Shown here one piece after another: positions 45,822 through 55,443 of a stretch of 64,000 nucleotides of DNA; the first letter of the stretch is position 1, and the number at the start of each line of letters is the position of its first letter. Made by a program: the position numbers and the translations under genes. The stretch is from Dehalococcoidia bacterium (lineage in GTDB: Bacteria; Chloroflexota; Dehalococcoidia; UBA6926). The stretch covers positions 468,846 to 532,845 of the forward strand of contig OY762213.1 in assembly GCA_963665385.1 (NCBI GenBank), in the 5' to 3' direction. The notes beneath the pieces were generated by a model that saw nothing but the letters and a program-made list of their open reading frames with translations, did no database searches and was not told the DNA's origin.

Positions 45822-47666
45822 ATGAGTAGATGGACTTTGCTCCTTGTAGGTTTGGTGGCCACGCTTGCGCTGCTTGCAGCCGCGTGTGGTACGGCCGAAG
45901 AAGATGAGGAGGAAACAACACAACCGCCGGAGCCCACCGCTACGGCGATCGTCATTACGGGAAGCGCTGCAGATCCTACGGCAACACCCGAGATGGCTGA
46001 ACCGATGGATGATCCTGATACCTCCGTTAGCGGCATCCCGCTTGATCCGGATGCCAAGTACGGAGGCGTTCTGCAAACGTCGTACACGTCCAACAGTCCG
46101 AGCTTTGTTCCGTGGGAGTCGGCGGCAGGGCATGCCTTCCCCGTCGGCCACCTGATTAACAACATGCTCATCAAGCCGAGGACGTGGGGAACCAGGGAAG
46201 ACTACAACAACCTGGCCTACTTCGAGTTGCATCCTGACCTCGCCACAAGTTGGGAACAGTCCGAGGATGGACAGGCATACACGTTCCAACTGCGTGACGG
46301 CGTGAACTGGTCGGATGGCGTCCCGGTCACGTGCAACGATATCAAGTGGTCGTTTGACACAATCAGACTCCAGCAGGACGCAGGGTTGCCTACCAGCCCA
46401 CGCAAGACTCACTACCTGGCTGTCGATTCAATCGTCTGCCCGGATGACCTAACCGTGGTCTTTAACCTCAGGTGGGCGAAGCCGGCCATGCTCGAAGTCA
46501 TCGGGCAGCCATACAACGTCATTTTCCCCGCGCACGTCTACCAGACGGAATTCCTGGAGACCGGCGCGCTGAGGTCCTTCCGGGAAGAACCCTCCAAGGC
46601 AACCTCCGGCGCCTACACCCTGGCCGAGTGGATTCCCGGCGAGTCCTTCACGTTTGAACGCAACGCTGATTATTGGGATGAGCCGCTTCCATACCTTGAT
46701 GGCGTTGTGATGCAATTCCTTGCAAGCTCAGCCGTCCCCACTGCACTGCGCGGTGGCCGGCTGGACATTGGAAGTGGCAGCGGCTACACAGGCGGGCAGG
46801 CGGATACGCTCATCCAGGAGTGCCAGGAAACCTGCCAGTTCTGGGATCGCATCATTGCATCCTCATTCAGCCCGGCCCTCTTCATCAACAAGGAGAGAGA
46901 AGGCTGGATGCAGGATCAGAGGATCCATGAGGCTTTTGCCTTGGCCGTTGACAACCAGAAGTACATCACGACGGTTCGCAACGACTGGTATGAGCTCCCG
47001 GTGGGCTGCGGATTCTATCCCACCTCCCCGTGGGCCATGCCGAGAGAGCGCTGCGGTCAGATCATCGGCTTTGCCGACGTGGTTCCTGAGACCCGCGAGG
47101 AGCGCGCGGCCGCGTCTGCGGCAGACAAGGAGAAGGCCCGGGCGTTGCTGGCCGAAGCCGGGTACACAGCCGAGAATCCGCTTGAGGTGAATTGGACGGT
47201 GTGGTCGCCCATCCAGGGTGACGTCCCCGCCTTCCAAAGTGACCTTGAGGAGGTCGGCGTGAAGGTCAACGCCGATGTCCAGGAGTCGGCCACCGCATAT
47301 GGGAACTGGGCGACAGCCAACTTCGACTTCGGAGTCCATAGTTTCTGGATCGCGGGAATCGACCCGGACGTAACCCTGTACGAGCACTTCTACACGGGTT
47401 CCGACCGCAACTACAACCGCTACAGCAATCCGGAGTTCGACAACCTCGTCAACCAGATGAGCCGAACCCTCGATCAGCAAGAGCGCAAAGAGTTGGCGTG
47501 GGACGCGATGGAGTTGGCGTTGAGTGAAGTCGCCAAGATCGTCGTCTCTCACAGCTCCTACATCCCGGCGGTCAACAAGGACGTTCGCGGCTTCATGCCG
47601 GCCCTCAATTACCTCGCGTTCTACGGGCCACAGGGTCGCTATTCGCACGTCTGGCTTGATCGGTAA
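45822..47666 (+). CDS. ABC transporter substrate-binding lipoprotein, family 5
   Basis: The ATG at 45822 gives the same MSRWTLLLVGLVATLALLAAAC start as its paralogues. The ORF-track start at 45804 is 6 codons upstream. Confidence 0.85.
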   Translation: MSRWTLLLVGLVATLALLAAACGTAEEDEEETTQPPEPTATAIVITGSAADPTATPEMAEPMDDPDTSVSGIPLDPDAKYGGVLQTSYTSNSPSFVPWESAAGHAFPVGHLINNMLIKPRTWGTREDYNNLAYFELHPDLATSWEQSEDGQAYTFQLRDGVNWSDGVPVTCNDIKWSFDTIRLQQDAGLPTSPRKTHYLAVDSIVCPDDLTVVFNLRWAKPAMLEVIGQPYNVIFPAHVYQTEFLETGALRSFREEPSKATSGAYTLAEWIPGESFTFERNADYWDEPLPYLDGVVMQFLASSAVPTALRGGRLDIGSGSGYTGGQADTLIQECQETCQFWDRIIASSFSPALFINKEREGWMQDQRIHEAFALAVDNQKYITTVRNDWYELPVGCGFYPTSPWAMPRERCGQIIGFADVVPETREERAAASAADKEKARALLAEAGYTAENPLEVNWTVWSPIQGDVPAFQSDLEEVGVKVNADVQESATAYGNWATANFDFGVHSFWIAGIDPDVTLYEHFYTGSDRNYNRYSNPEFDNLVNQMSRTLDQQERKELAWDAMELALSEVAKIVVSHSSYIPAVNKDVRGFMPALNYLAFYGPQGRYSHVWLDR

Positions 47667-47715
47667 GCCATACCGCTGAGCCGATGTGGCGCGGATAGCA
47701 AGTCCGAAGACCACA

Positions 47716-47749
47716 AGAGGGCCCCGATGCACCAGCATCGGGGCCCTCT
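47716..47749. terminator. Bidirectional terminator hairpin (SBP gene on +, selC on -)
   Basis: AGAGGGCCCCGATGC-ACCA-GCATCGGGGCCCTCT, flanked by CTTTTTG on + and by TTTTTT on -. Confidence 0.7.
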
Positions 47750-47768
47750 ACTTTTTGTAACCAAAAAA

Positions 47769-47866
47769 TGGCGGGAGTAGGAGGGAGTCGAACCCACCGG
47801 AGACGGCGCAGGCCGCCCCCCATCGGGGTTGAAGCCCGTGAGCCCCACCGGGAACTATCTACTCCC
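47769..47866 (-). tRNA. selC: Selenocysteine tRNA (anticodon UCA)
   Basis: The minus strand reads GGGAGTAG AT AGTTCC CGGT GGGGCT C ACGGG CTTCAAC CCCGA ... GGCGGC CTGC GCCGTC ... GTGGG TTCGACT CCCTC CTACTCCC G CCA. Hallmarks: an 8-bp acceptor stem, a 6-bp D stem with a 4-nt loop, TCA in a 7-nt anticodon loop, a long variable arm with a 6-bp stem, a TTCGA T-loop, G73 and an encoded CCA. Weak points are one A-A mismatch in the anticodon stem and one U-U in the T stem. Confidence 0.7.
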
Positions 47867-47975
47867 GCGCTAAGCGGAAAACCTACCAGAACCCCTCTCT
47901 GACGACGGAGGGGGGCGTCGCTATTCAGTGGAACAATATCCCAAGGGAATAGTAACCTCAAGCGCCATGCGGCCA

Positions 47976-48893
47976 CTAAGAATTTTCGGCGATGTACTTC
48001 TCAGCGAAGATCGCGGCTGTCGCGCCATCGCCAACCGCAGACGCGACCTGTCGCGCAGACTGCTGCCGAACGTCACCCGCCGCGAACACACCGGGGAACT
48101 TCGTCTCCATCTTCAGGTTCACGTGCAGATGCCCCTGCTCATCCGCAGGTAGCTTCCCCTTCAGGAACTGCGTATTCGGAGTCAGGCCTACATAAATGAA
48201 TACCCCGTCGACGTTCCTTTCGGAAAGCGAGTCCTGCGTCACGTCCTTGAGCACGAGCTTATCGACCAGGCCGTTGCCCTTGATCTCCTGAACTGTAGTA
48301 TTCCACAGGAAATCCATCTTCTCGTTGGCGAACGCTCGCTCCTGCAGGATCTTCTGCGCCCGCAGCTCATCCCGCCGATGGATGATCGTCACCTTGGACG
48401 CAAAACGCGTCAGGTACGCACCCTCCTCAACGGCCGCGTCGCCGCCGCCGACAACCACAAGCTCCTTGTCGCGGAAGAATGCGCCGTCGCACACCGCGCA
48501 GTATGAGACGCCGCGGCCGGAGAACTCGTCCTCGCCCGGCACCTCAAGCTTGTTGTGCATGGAGCCCGTCGCAATGATTAGCGTCTTTGCCCGGATTTCA
48601 CCGTCATCCGTCGTGACGACCTTGTAGTCGCCCTCAAGCTCGACGTCCTCCACCTCGGCGTACTCCACGTTCAGTCCGAACTTCTCAGCGTGGTCCATCA
48701 ACTTTTGACCGAGCTCCGGCCCAAGAATGTGCTCAAAGCCCGGATAATTCTCCACGTCCTCTGTCACAGCAAGCTGCCCACCAACGAGGCCGCGTTCGAT
48801 CAGCAGGGTATTCAATCGAGAGCGCGTGCCGTACAGTCCGGCCGCCGCCCCTGTCGGGCCCCCACCTAGAATGATCAGATCATAGGTATCCAA
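47976..48893 (-). CDS. trxB: Thioredoxin-disulfide reductase
   Basis: YDLIILGGGPTGAAAGLY FAD motif, redox-active CAVCDG, VVGGGDAAVEE NADPH motif. 305 aa. Confidence 0.9.
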   Translation of the reverse strand: MDTYDLIILGGGPTGAAAGLYGTRSRLNTLLIERGLVGGQLAVTEDVENYPGFEHILGPELGQKLMDHAEKFGLNVEYAEVEDVELEGDYKVVTTDDGEIRAKTLIIATGSMHNKLEVPGEDEFSGRGVSYCAVCDGAFFRDKELVVVGGGDAAVEEGAYLTRFASKVTIIHRRDELRAQKILQERAFANEKMDFLWNTTVQEIKGNGLVDKLVLKDVTQDSLSERNVDGVFIYVGLTPNTQFLKGKLPADEQGHLHVNLKMETKFPGVFAAGDVRQQSARQVASAVGDGATAAIFAEKYIAENS

Positions 48894-49029
48894 CTCTCAC
48901 CTCACAGTGCCACTCATGTGAGAAGACGCCGTCCAGACTGGTGTCCGAAACGGCGTCCGCCCGAGTTCCTCGAAATAAGCAACCTTTGGCCGATCCCGCC
49001 CATTTGCGGGAACCAATCAGGGCCGATTG

Positions 49030-49362
49030 CTAAACGGTGACTACCTTGGAGAGGAGGCGATCCTTGATCGCCTTCTTCGGCATCGCGCCCACAACCTGCG
49101 CCACGGGCTCGCCGCCTTGGAAGACCATCAACGTCGGGATGCTCATCACCTGGTACTTCAGCGCAATGTTTGGCGCCTCGTCCACGTTCAGCTTCGTGAA
49201 GCCCATGTCGGTGGAATACTCCTCCGCGAGCTCCTCGACGATTGGCGAGACGATCTTGCACGGGCCGCACCAGGGCGCCCAGAAGTCCACAAGCACTGGC
49301 TTCTCCGCGCCTAGAACCTCACTCTGAAAGTCGTTCTCGGTTACATCCTGCAGCTTTGCCAT
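49030..49362 (-). CDS. trxA: Thioredoxin
   Basis: The ATG at 49362 follows AGGAAGGAAGG. MAKLQDVTENDFQSEVLGAEKPVLVDFWAPWCGPCK. 110 aa. Confidence 0.9.
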   Translation of the reverse strand: MAKLQDVTENDFQSEVLGAEKPVLVDFWAPWCGPCKIVSPIVEELAEEYSTDMGFTKLNVDEAPNIALKYQVMSIPTLMVFQGGEPVAQVVGAMPKKAIKDRLLSKVVTV

Positions 49363-49672
49363 CCCGGACCTTCCTTCCTGGTTCGTTACCCCACTATGGG
49401 TATAGTCTATCCCCCCACGCAACAACTCGTTCTTACCGTGCGGGCATATCAGTATACGAAATCTACCCAAAGCTGTCATTCAATCCCATACCCCTCCCAT
49501 TCAAGAGGCCGCCCACGCAGGAACGCGTCCTACCAGCCCAACAGGCTCACTCAGCGCACAAGGCGAACCGAGAAAAACCCCTCGCGCGGGTGTATCATTG
49601 CGGTACAGGAAGGCGTGACCGTGCTCTTCAAGGTGGGCGCGGCGCTGGCCTTCAAGGGGAGGTGGGGAAGAA

Positions 49673-50551
49673 GTGCGTAATTTTGACTATGTAGCGCCCA
49701 CGTCGCTCGCTGAGGCGGTTCAGGCCTTTGGACAAGCTGGCGATAAGGCGCGTGCCCTCGCAGGCGGCACTGACATCATCGACCAGATCCGTATCGGTCG
49801 CAGGACCCCGGAGCTGCTCATTGATACCAAGCGTGTGCCTGAAATGATGGTCTTTGAAGGTGATGGCGCCGGCGGAATTCGCATTGGCGCAGCGCTCCCA
49901 CTGTCGCGTGTGCGGGACGATGCAATGGTGCAATCAACCTTTCCCGCTCTTGCGACTGCGTCCGGCCTCGTGGGTGCCGTCCAGATACAGAATCGGGCGA
50001 CGCTCGGGGGCAACGTCGGTAACGCCGCCCCTTCAGGTGACACGATCCCACCGCTGGTAGTTCTCGGCGGCACGGTCGTAATCGCTGGCCCACGCGGCAC
50101 GCGTGAAGAACCTGTTGGAGACATCTTTGCCGGGCCCGGGCAGATGACACTCGCCCCGGATGAGTGCCTCGTCGAGTTTCGCGTCCCGGCGCCAAAAGCC
50201 AACAGTTCCAGCTACTATGTGCGCTTCATCCCGCGCGCAGAGATGGACATTGCGGTTGTTGGTGTTGGTGTCTCACTGACACTTAACGGAGGTGGGCAGA
50301 TTGAGGATGTGAACATCTCGCTCGCATCCGTCGCCCCAACACCTGTCCGCGCGACCGATGCCGAGGACGTGCTGCGAGGAGAGACGCTAACTGCGGCGCT
50401 GGCGAGAGAAGCCGGTGAGCAGGCGGAGCATCACGCGTCGCCCATCTCCGACGTGCGCGGCTCGGCTGACTATCGGCGCGAACTCACGAAAGTCCTGACA
50501 CGCCGAGCTGTCGCCGCATGCGCCGCCCAACTCGGCGTCAACGTCAGTTAG
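49673..50551 (+). CDS. Molybdenum hydroxylase FAD-binding (medium, CoxM/XdhB-like) subunit
   Basis: FDYVAPTSLAEAVQAFGQAGDKARALAGGTDIIDQIR. 292 aa. Confidence 0.8.
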   Translation: MRNFDYVAPTSLAEAVQAFGQAGDKARALAGGTDIIDQIRIGRRTPELLIDTKRVPEMMVFEGDGAGGIRIGAALPLSRVRDDAMVQSTFPALATASGLVGAVQIQNRATLGGNVGNAAPSGDTIPPLVVLGGTVVIAGPRGTREEPVGDIFAGPGQMTLAPDECLVEFRVPAPKANSSSYYVRFIPRAEMDIAVVGVGVSLTLNGGGQIEDVNISLASVAPTPVRATDAEDVLRGETLTAALAREAGEQAEHHASPISDVRGSADYRRELTKVLTRRAVAACAAQLGVNVS

Positions 50552-50561
50552 GAGGACAGAC

Positions 50562-51044
50562 ATGACAACTACAAATCGACGCATCGTCCAATTCACGGTC
50601 AATGGCAACTCGGTGGAAGTCGCCATAACCCCTAGGCAGACACTACTTGAGGTGGTCAGAGACGATCTCGGCCTCACCGGAGCGAAGGAAGGATGCAGCA
50701 ACGGCAACTGCGGCTCCTGCACAATTGAGGTTGACGGCGCCACCATCAACTCCTGCTGCGCTCTTGGCGTTGAAATGGACGGCAGGGAAGTCAACACCAT
50801 TGAAGGCCTGGCGCCAGGCAATGACCTGCACCCCATCCAGAAGGCCTACATGGAGAACGGCGGTTTTCAATGCGGCATCTGCACGCCGGGATTCATCCTG
50901 TCTACCGACCATCTCCTCAAGATGATTCCGAATCCTACGGAAGAGGAAATCAGGCTCCACCTCGCGGGCAACCTCTGCCGCTGTACCGGCTACGACAAGA
51001 TTGTCCGATCCGTGCAGGCCGCCGCCGAAGACATGAATTCCTGA
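50562..51044 (+). CDS. Molybdenum hydroxylase 2Fe-2S (small, CoxS-like) subunit
   Basis: GCSNGNCGSCTIEVDG and QCGICTPGFIL / CRCTGY cysteine clusters. 160 aa. Confidence 0.9.
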   Translation: MTTTNRRIVQFTVNGNSVEVAITPRQTLLEVVRDDLGLTGAKEGCSNGNCGSCTIEVDGATINSCCALGVEMDGREVNTIEGLAPGNDLHPIQKAYMENGGFQCGICTPGFILSTDHLLKMIPNPTEEEIRLHLAGNLCRCTGYDKIVRSVQAAAEDMNS

Positions 51045-51056
51045 ATCCACCCTCCC

Positions 51057-51118
51057 CTCTTTCCGGCGAAAGTCTGAATCCATCCCCTCTCTCGATGGGA
51101 GAGGGGTAGGGAGAGGGG
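51057..51118. repeat. Degenerate family-A copy followed by a family-B hairpin
   Basis: CTCTTTCCGGCGAAAGTCTGAATCC then CCCCTCTCTCGATGGGAGAGGGGTAGGGAGAGGGG. Confidence 0.6.
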
Positions 51119-51125
51119 CAATGCC

Positions 51126-52667
51126 ATGACCCAGACCCAATCTGCCGCCACCCTCGTTCGTGGGCGCTATGTTCTCACACGAGCGGAGCACAATGGCGCC
51201 GCCGCCTTGCTCAATGACGCCGCCGTCGCAATAGCGGCAGACGGCTCCATCATCGAGACCGGCAGATTCGACGAACTCCGTCCCCGCCACCCCGCCGCAG
51301 ACGTCATCGGCGACGGCTCCCATTTCGTTCTCCCGGGCCTCGTCAACGCTCATCACCACGGTCGCGGCGTTTCCTACATGCAGTTGGGACAGCCCGACGG
51401 CGCGCTCGAGACGTGGCTGAATCTGGCGTGGGGTCGCAAGCCCATGGACTCCTATCTCATGGGCCTCTACACCCTTATGCAGCAGCTCCGATCCGGCACC
51501 ACCGCCGTCATGTTCAATCAGGCCGGCCCACTTGCAGAGGCTGAGGGCACGCTGACCGCATTCCGCGAAGTGGGTATGCGCACCGCGTTTTCCATCGGCT
51601 TCCGCTCCCAGTGCTTCCTTGTCTATGGCGACGACGATGAGTTCCTCACCGGCCTCCCGGATGATCTCTCGCAGACTGCCCGAGCCGTCGTTGAAGGCTC
51701 CCGCGTCGCCTTTGAGGACAACCTCAACCTCGTTCTTGACCTCCATGAGCGATACGAGAAACCGGATCCGCAGGCCGTCCGCATTCTCCTCAGCCCGTCC
51801 GGCTACCACTGGGCGGATGAAGACACCCTCCGCCGCATCGTCGACACCGCGCGTGCCAACAACATGGGCATCCACACGCACGTCCTCGAAACCGTCTACC
51901 AGCGTCTCTATGCCAACCGCACCACCGGCCAGTCCCCCGTGAAACGACTCGCGGACATAGGCATGGTCGGCCCCGGCGTCTCCTACGCCCACTGCGTCTG
52001 GGTTACGGAGGACGACATTCGTATCCTCGCCGACACTGGAACGTCCGTTTCCCACAACGCCAGTTCCAACCTACGACTCCACAGCGGCGTCGCCCCCGTG
52101 CGTGCAATGCTGGACGCCGGCGTCAACGTCGGCATAGGCACCGACAGCGTCGGCCTAAACGACGACGATGACCTACTCCAGGAGATCGGCCTCAGCCAGC
52201 GCCTCCACCGCGTGCCCGGTCTCGATAACCGTCACGTCACTCCCGGCGAACTGCTCCACATGGCCACGCTCGGCGGCGCGAAAGCCCTCACCCTTGACGA
52301 ACACATCGGCAGCCTTGAGCCTGGTAAACGCGCCGATATCGTCATGCTCAACAGGGACCGCGTCTCCTACCCCTATCTCGATAGCGAACTTGATCCCCTT
52401 GAAGTTCTGGTCTCGCGAGCCCGCGGGCGCGATGTGCGAACCGTTCTGATCGATGGCCGCGTCGTCTACAACAACGGCGAATTTCCCACACTCCACGTCC
52501 CCGCCATCACCATGCGCATCCAGGAAGCTCTCCAGGGTGGGCCCCCGCCGGAAGTCCTCACCCGCCGACAGGCCGCGAAAGAACTGGATCCCTATATCCG
52601 CGCCTACTACCGAGACTGGCAACTCCCTGAAGGCCCCCAGCACGCCCTCCGCAACGCGAGAGTGTAA
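51126..52667 (+). CDS. Metal-dependent amidohydrolase (cytosine/guanine deaminase-chlorohydrolase superfamily)
   Basis: FVLPGLVNAHHHG metal-binding motif, HTHVLET, and GIGTDSVGLNDDDD. 513 aa. Confidence 0.75.
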   Translation: MTQTQSAATLVRGRYVLTRAEHNGAAALLNDAAVAIAADGSIIETGRFDELRPRHPAADVIGDGSHFVLPGLVNAHHHGRGVSYMQLGQPDGALETWLNLAWGRKPMDSYLMGLYTLMQQLRSGTTAVMFNQAGPLAEAEGTLTAFREVGMRTAFSIGFRSQCFLVYGDDDEFLTGLPDDLSQTARAVVEGSRVAFEDNLNLVLDLHERYEKPDPQAVRILLSPSGYHWADEDTLRRIVDTARANNMGIHTHVLETVYQRLYANRTTGQSPVKRLADIGMVGPGVSYAHCVWVTEDDIRILADTGTSVSHNASSNLRLHSGVAPVRAMLDAGVNVGIGTDSVGLNDDDDLLQEIGLSQRLHRVPGLDNRHVTPGELLHMATLGGAKALTLDEHIGSLEPGKRADIVMLNRDRVSYPYLDSELDPLEVLVSRARGRDVRTVLIDGRVVYNNGEFPTLHVPAITMRIQEALQGGPPPEVLTRRQAAKELDPYIRAYYRDWQLPEGPQHALRNARV

Positions 52668-52686
52668 CCCGCCAACGAGTCTCCCC

Positions 52687-52710
52687 TCATTCCGGCGAAA
52701 GCCGGAATTC
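52687..52710. repeat. Family-A palindromic repeat
   Basis: TCATTCCGGCGAAAGCCGGAATTC, essentially identical to 2214-2237. Confidence 0.8.
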
Positions 52711-52768
52711 AACCCCCCCCAATGCAGTACTATCCCCTCAAAGGGGCAACAGGGGAGGGGAACACACC

Positions 52769-54010
52769 ATGACTACCAACGACATCGGCGCGCTGATTGA
52801 CGCCCATATCGACGAAGCAGAGATTGTGGACCTCATGCGAAGGCTCCACCAACATCAGAGCTTCCCGCCATATGAGGCAAGCGCCATGGCTGAACTCCAG
52901 GCATGGCTCGCAGAACGCGGCATCAATGCCGACCTCATCGACGTAGCAGATGAACCCGGCCGCCCTAACCTCTACTACAAGATGGAGGGCACCGGCGGCG
53001 GGAAGACCGTCATGTTCAACGGCCACATGGACATTGATCCTATTCCTCTCAACTTTGAGGGCGATCCGTGGGAGTTCAGGATCGAAGACGGCATGATTTA
53101 TGCCCACGGCCTCATCAACATGAAAGCTGGCGTCGCCGCCACTGCGGCCGCCTTTATTGCGCTCCACCGCGCCGGCATCCCTATGCGCGGCGATCTCCTC
53201 ATGACTGCCGTTGTTGGCGAGCTGCAGGGCGGCGTAGGGGCGGTAGACCTCATTCAGCGCGGCCTGATTGGCGATGTCTGCATCATCCCCGAACCGACCG
53301 GCATGGAACTCCTGCCACTCCACGCCGGTGCGATTCAATTCCTGGTCCACACGATCGGCGAGGCCGCGTGGATCGGCGCAATGCACACTATGAGTTACGT
53401 AAACGCCGCCGAGAAGTTGGCCCGCATCATCACCGCTCTCGAGGGCTTTGAATTCGATTCGCCTCGCCGCGACGAGTTCCCCAGCCTTCCGCGCCTTATT
53501 GTCGGCGGCATCAACGGCGGCATCGGCCGACAGTACGCCCACTGGCGCGCATCCTACGTACCGGATTTTGCATCCGCCATCCTCGAAGTCCGCGGCCTCC
53601 CGGGGCAGGACTACGACGACATCCAGCGTCAGATCGAGGACGTCATCAAGAGCGTCGCCGAGGGTGATTCCGATTTCAAGTGGGAGATTGAGCGCCCCCC
53701 CGCAACCTACCGTCCAGAATGGCAAAGCATGAAAGTCGAGGCATACGGCATCGACCTGCCCCCGGAGCACTTGCTCAACCAGACTATTGCCAAGTATCAC
53801 CGAGAGGTCAGGAACGAAGAGCCCGGCTGGATATCCTCAAACTCCTGGAACGATTCCGGCCACTTCACCAACGCCGGCTGTGACTCCCTTTGTTACGGCC
53901 CCGGCGGGCACGCAATCGTCCGAGAATTCGGCGTAGAAATCAGAAGAGTCATAGACTGCACCAAGACAATAGCCCGCGCCGCGGCAGACATGGCCAACAT
54001 GGCCAAATAA
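52769..54010 (+). CDS. M20-family peptidase/amidohydrolase homologue (ArgE/DapE-like), tandem copy 1
   Basis: NGHMDIDP (H-x-D), AHGLINMKAG and VVGELQGG. 413 aa. Confidence 0.7.
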   Translation: MTTNDIGALIDAHIDEAEIVDLMRRLHQHQSFPPYEASAMAELQAWLAERGINADLIDVADEPGRPNLYYKMEGTGGGKTVMFNGHMDIDPIPLNFEGDPWEFRIEDGMIYAHGLINMKAGVAATAAAFIALHRAGIPMRGDLLMTAVVGELQGGVGAVDLIQRGLIGDVCIIPEPTGMELLPLHAGAIQFLVHTIGEAAWIGAMHTMSYVNAAEKLARIITALEGFEFDSPRRDEFPSLPRLIVGGINGGIGRQYAHWRASYVPDFASAILEVRGLPGQDYDDIQRQIEDVIKSVAEGDSDFKWEIERPPATYRPEWQSMKVEAYGIDLPPEHLLNQTIAKYHREVRNEEPGWISSNSWNDSGHFTNAGCDSLCYGPGGHAIVREFGVEIRRVIDCTKTIARAAADMANMAK

Positions 54011-54075
54011 GAGGAATCCCCCACCCCCATGCTGTACTATCCCCCCAATGGGGTGGCAGGAGAGGAGAACATACC

Positions 54076-55314
54076 ATGACAACGGATATCGGCGCGCAGA
54101 TTGACGCCCACATCGATGAAGCAGAAATCGTGGAGTTGATGCGACGGCTCCACCAGCACCAGAGCTTCCCACCGTATGAGGCCAGCGCCATGGCTGAACT
54201 CCAGACGTGGCTCGCAGAACGCGGCATCAATGCCGATCTCATCGACGTCGCGGACGAACCCGGCCGCCCCAACCTCTACTACAAGATGGAAGGTACGGGC
54301 GGCGGCAAGACCGTAATGTACAACGGCCACATGGACATTGATCCCGTCCCCATGTACTTCGAGGGCGACCCCTGGGAGTTCAAGATCGAAGACGGCATGA
54401 TCTACGCTCACGGCCTCATCAATATGAAGGCCGGCGTCGCCGCAGCCGCCGCAGCCTTCATCGCGCTCCACCGCGCGGGCATCCAGTTGCGAGGCGATCT
54501 CCTCATGACCGCCGTCGTCGGCGAACTGCAGGGTGGGGTAGGGGCGGTAGACCTGGTCCAGCGCGGCCTGATTGGGGATGTCTGCATCATCCCGGAACCC
54601 ACAGGCATGGAACTACTGCCACTCCACGCCGGCGCAATCCAATTCCTCGTCCACACCATCGGCGAGGCAGCGTGGATCGGTGCGATGCACAACATGAGCT
54701 ACGTCAACGCCGCCGAGAAGCTTGCCCGCATCATCACCGCTCTCGAGGGCTTTGAATTCGATTCGCCTCGCCGTGACGAGTTCCCTGGCCTCCCGCGCCT
54801 TATCGTTGGCGGCATCAACGGCGGCATCGGCCGGCAATACGCCCACTGGCGCGCCTCCTACGTCCCGGATTTTGCGTCTGCCATCCTGGAGGTCCGCGGC
54901 CTCCCGGGACAGGACTACGATGACATCCAGCGACAGATCGAAGACGTAATCAGGAGCGTCGCCGACGGCGATCCCGATTTCAAGTGGGAGATTGAGCGCC
55001 CTCCGGCCACCAACCGCCCCGAATGGCAGAGCCTGAAAACCGAGGCCTACGGAATCGATCTGCCTCCGGAGCACTTCCTCAATCAGACCATCGTCAAGTA
55101 TCACAGAGAAGTTAGGAACGAAGAGCCAGGCTGGATTTCCTCAAACGCATTCAACGATTCCGGTCACTACACCAACGCCGGCTGTGACTCCCTTTGCTAC
55201 GGCCCCGGCGGGCACACCATCATCCGCGAGTACGGCACCGAGATAAAACGCGTCGTAGACTGCGCCAAAATCATCGCCCGCGCCGCCGTAGACATGGCCA
55301 ACATGGACAAGTAG
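54076..55314 (+). CDS. M20-family peptidase/amidohydrolase homologue, tandem copy 2
   Basis: The ATG at 54076 gives MTTDIGAQIDAHIDEAEIVELMRR, colinear with copy 1 and identical at roughly nine residues in ten by eye. The upstream 40 nt are also duplicated. Confidence 0.7.
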   Translation: MTTDIGAQIDAHIDEAEIVELMRRLHQHQSFPPYEASAMAELQTWLAERGINADLIDVADEPGRPNLYYKMEGTGGGKTVMYNGHMDIDPVPMYFEGDPWEFKIEDGMIYAHGLINMKAGVAAAAAAFIALHRAGIQLRGDLLMTAVVGELQGGVGAVDLVQRGLIGDVCIIPEPTGMELLPLHAGAIQFLVHTIGEAAWIGAMHNMSYVNAAEKLARIITALEGFEFDSPRRDEFPGLPRLIVGGINGGIGRQYAHWRASYVPDFASAILEVRGLPGQDYDDIQRQIEDVIRSVADGDPDFKWEIERPPATNRPEWQSLKTEAYGIDLPPEHFLNQTIVKYHREVRNEEPGWISSNAFNDSGHYTNAGCDSLCYGPGGHTIIREYGTEIKRVVDCAKIIARAAVDMANMDK

Positions 55315-55443
55315 CAAATCTACTCGACGCCCGCGCCTGTGCAAGCTACACTAATCCTGTCGCCGAATAGCCTCGTCTCAGACAGCCGGCGGCAATAGGG
55401 GAAGCGGGCCAACAACAGAAGCCCGCAATGGAGGAAGTTGAAA

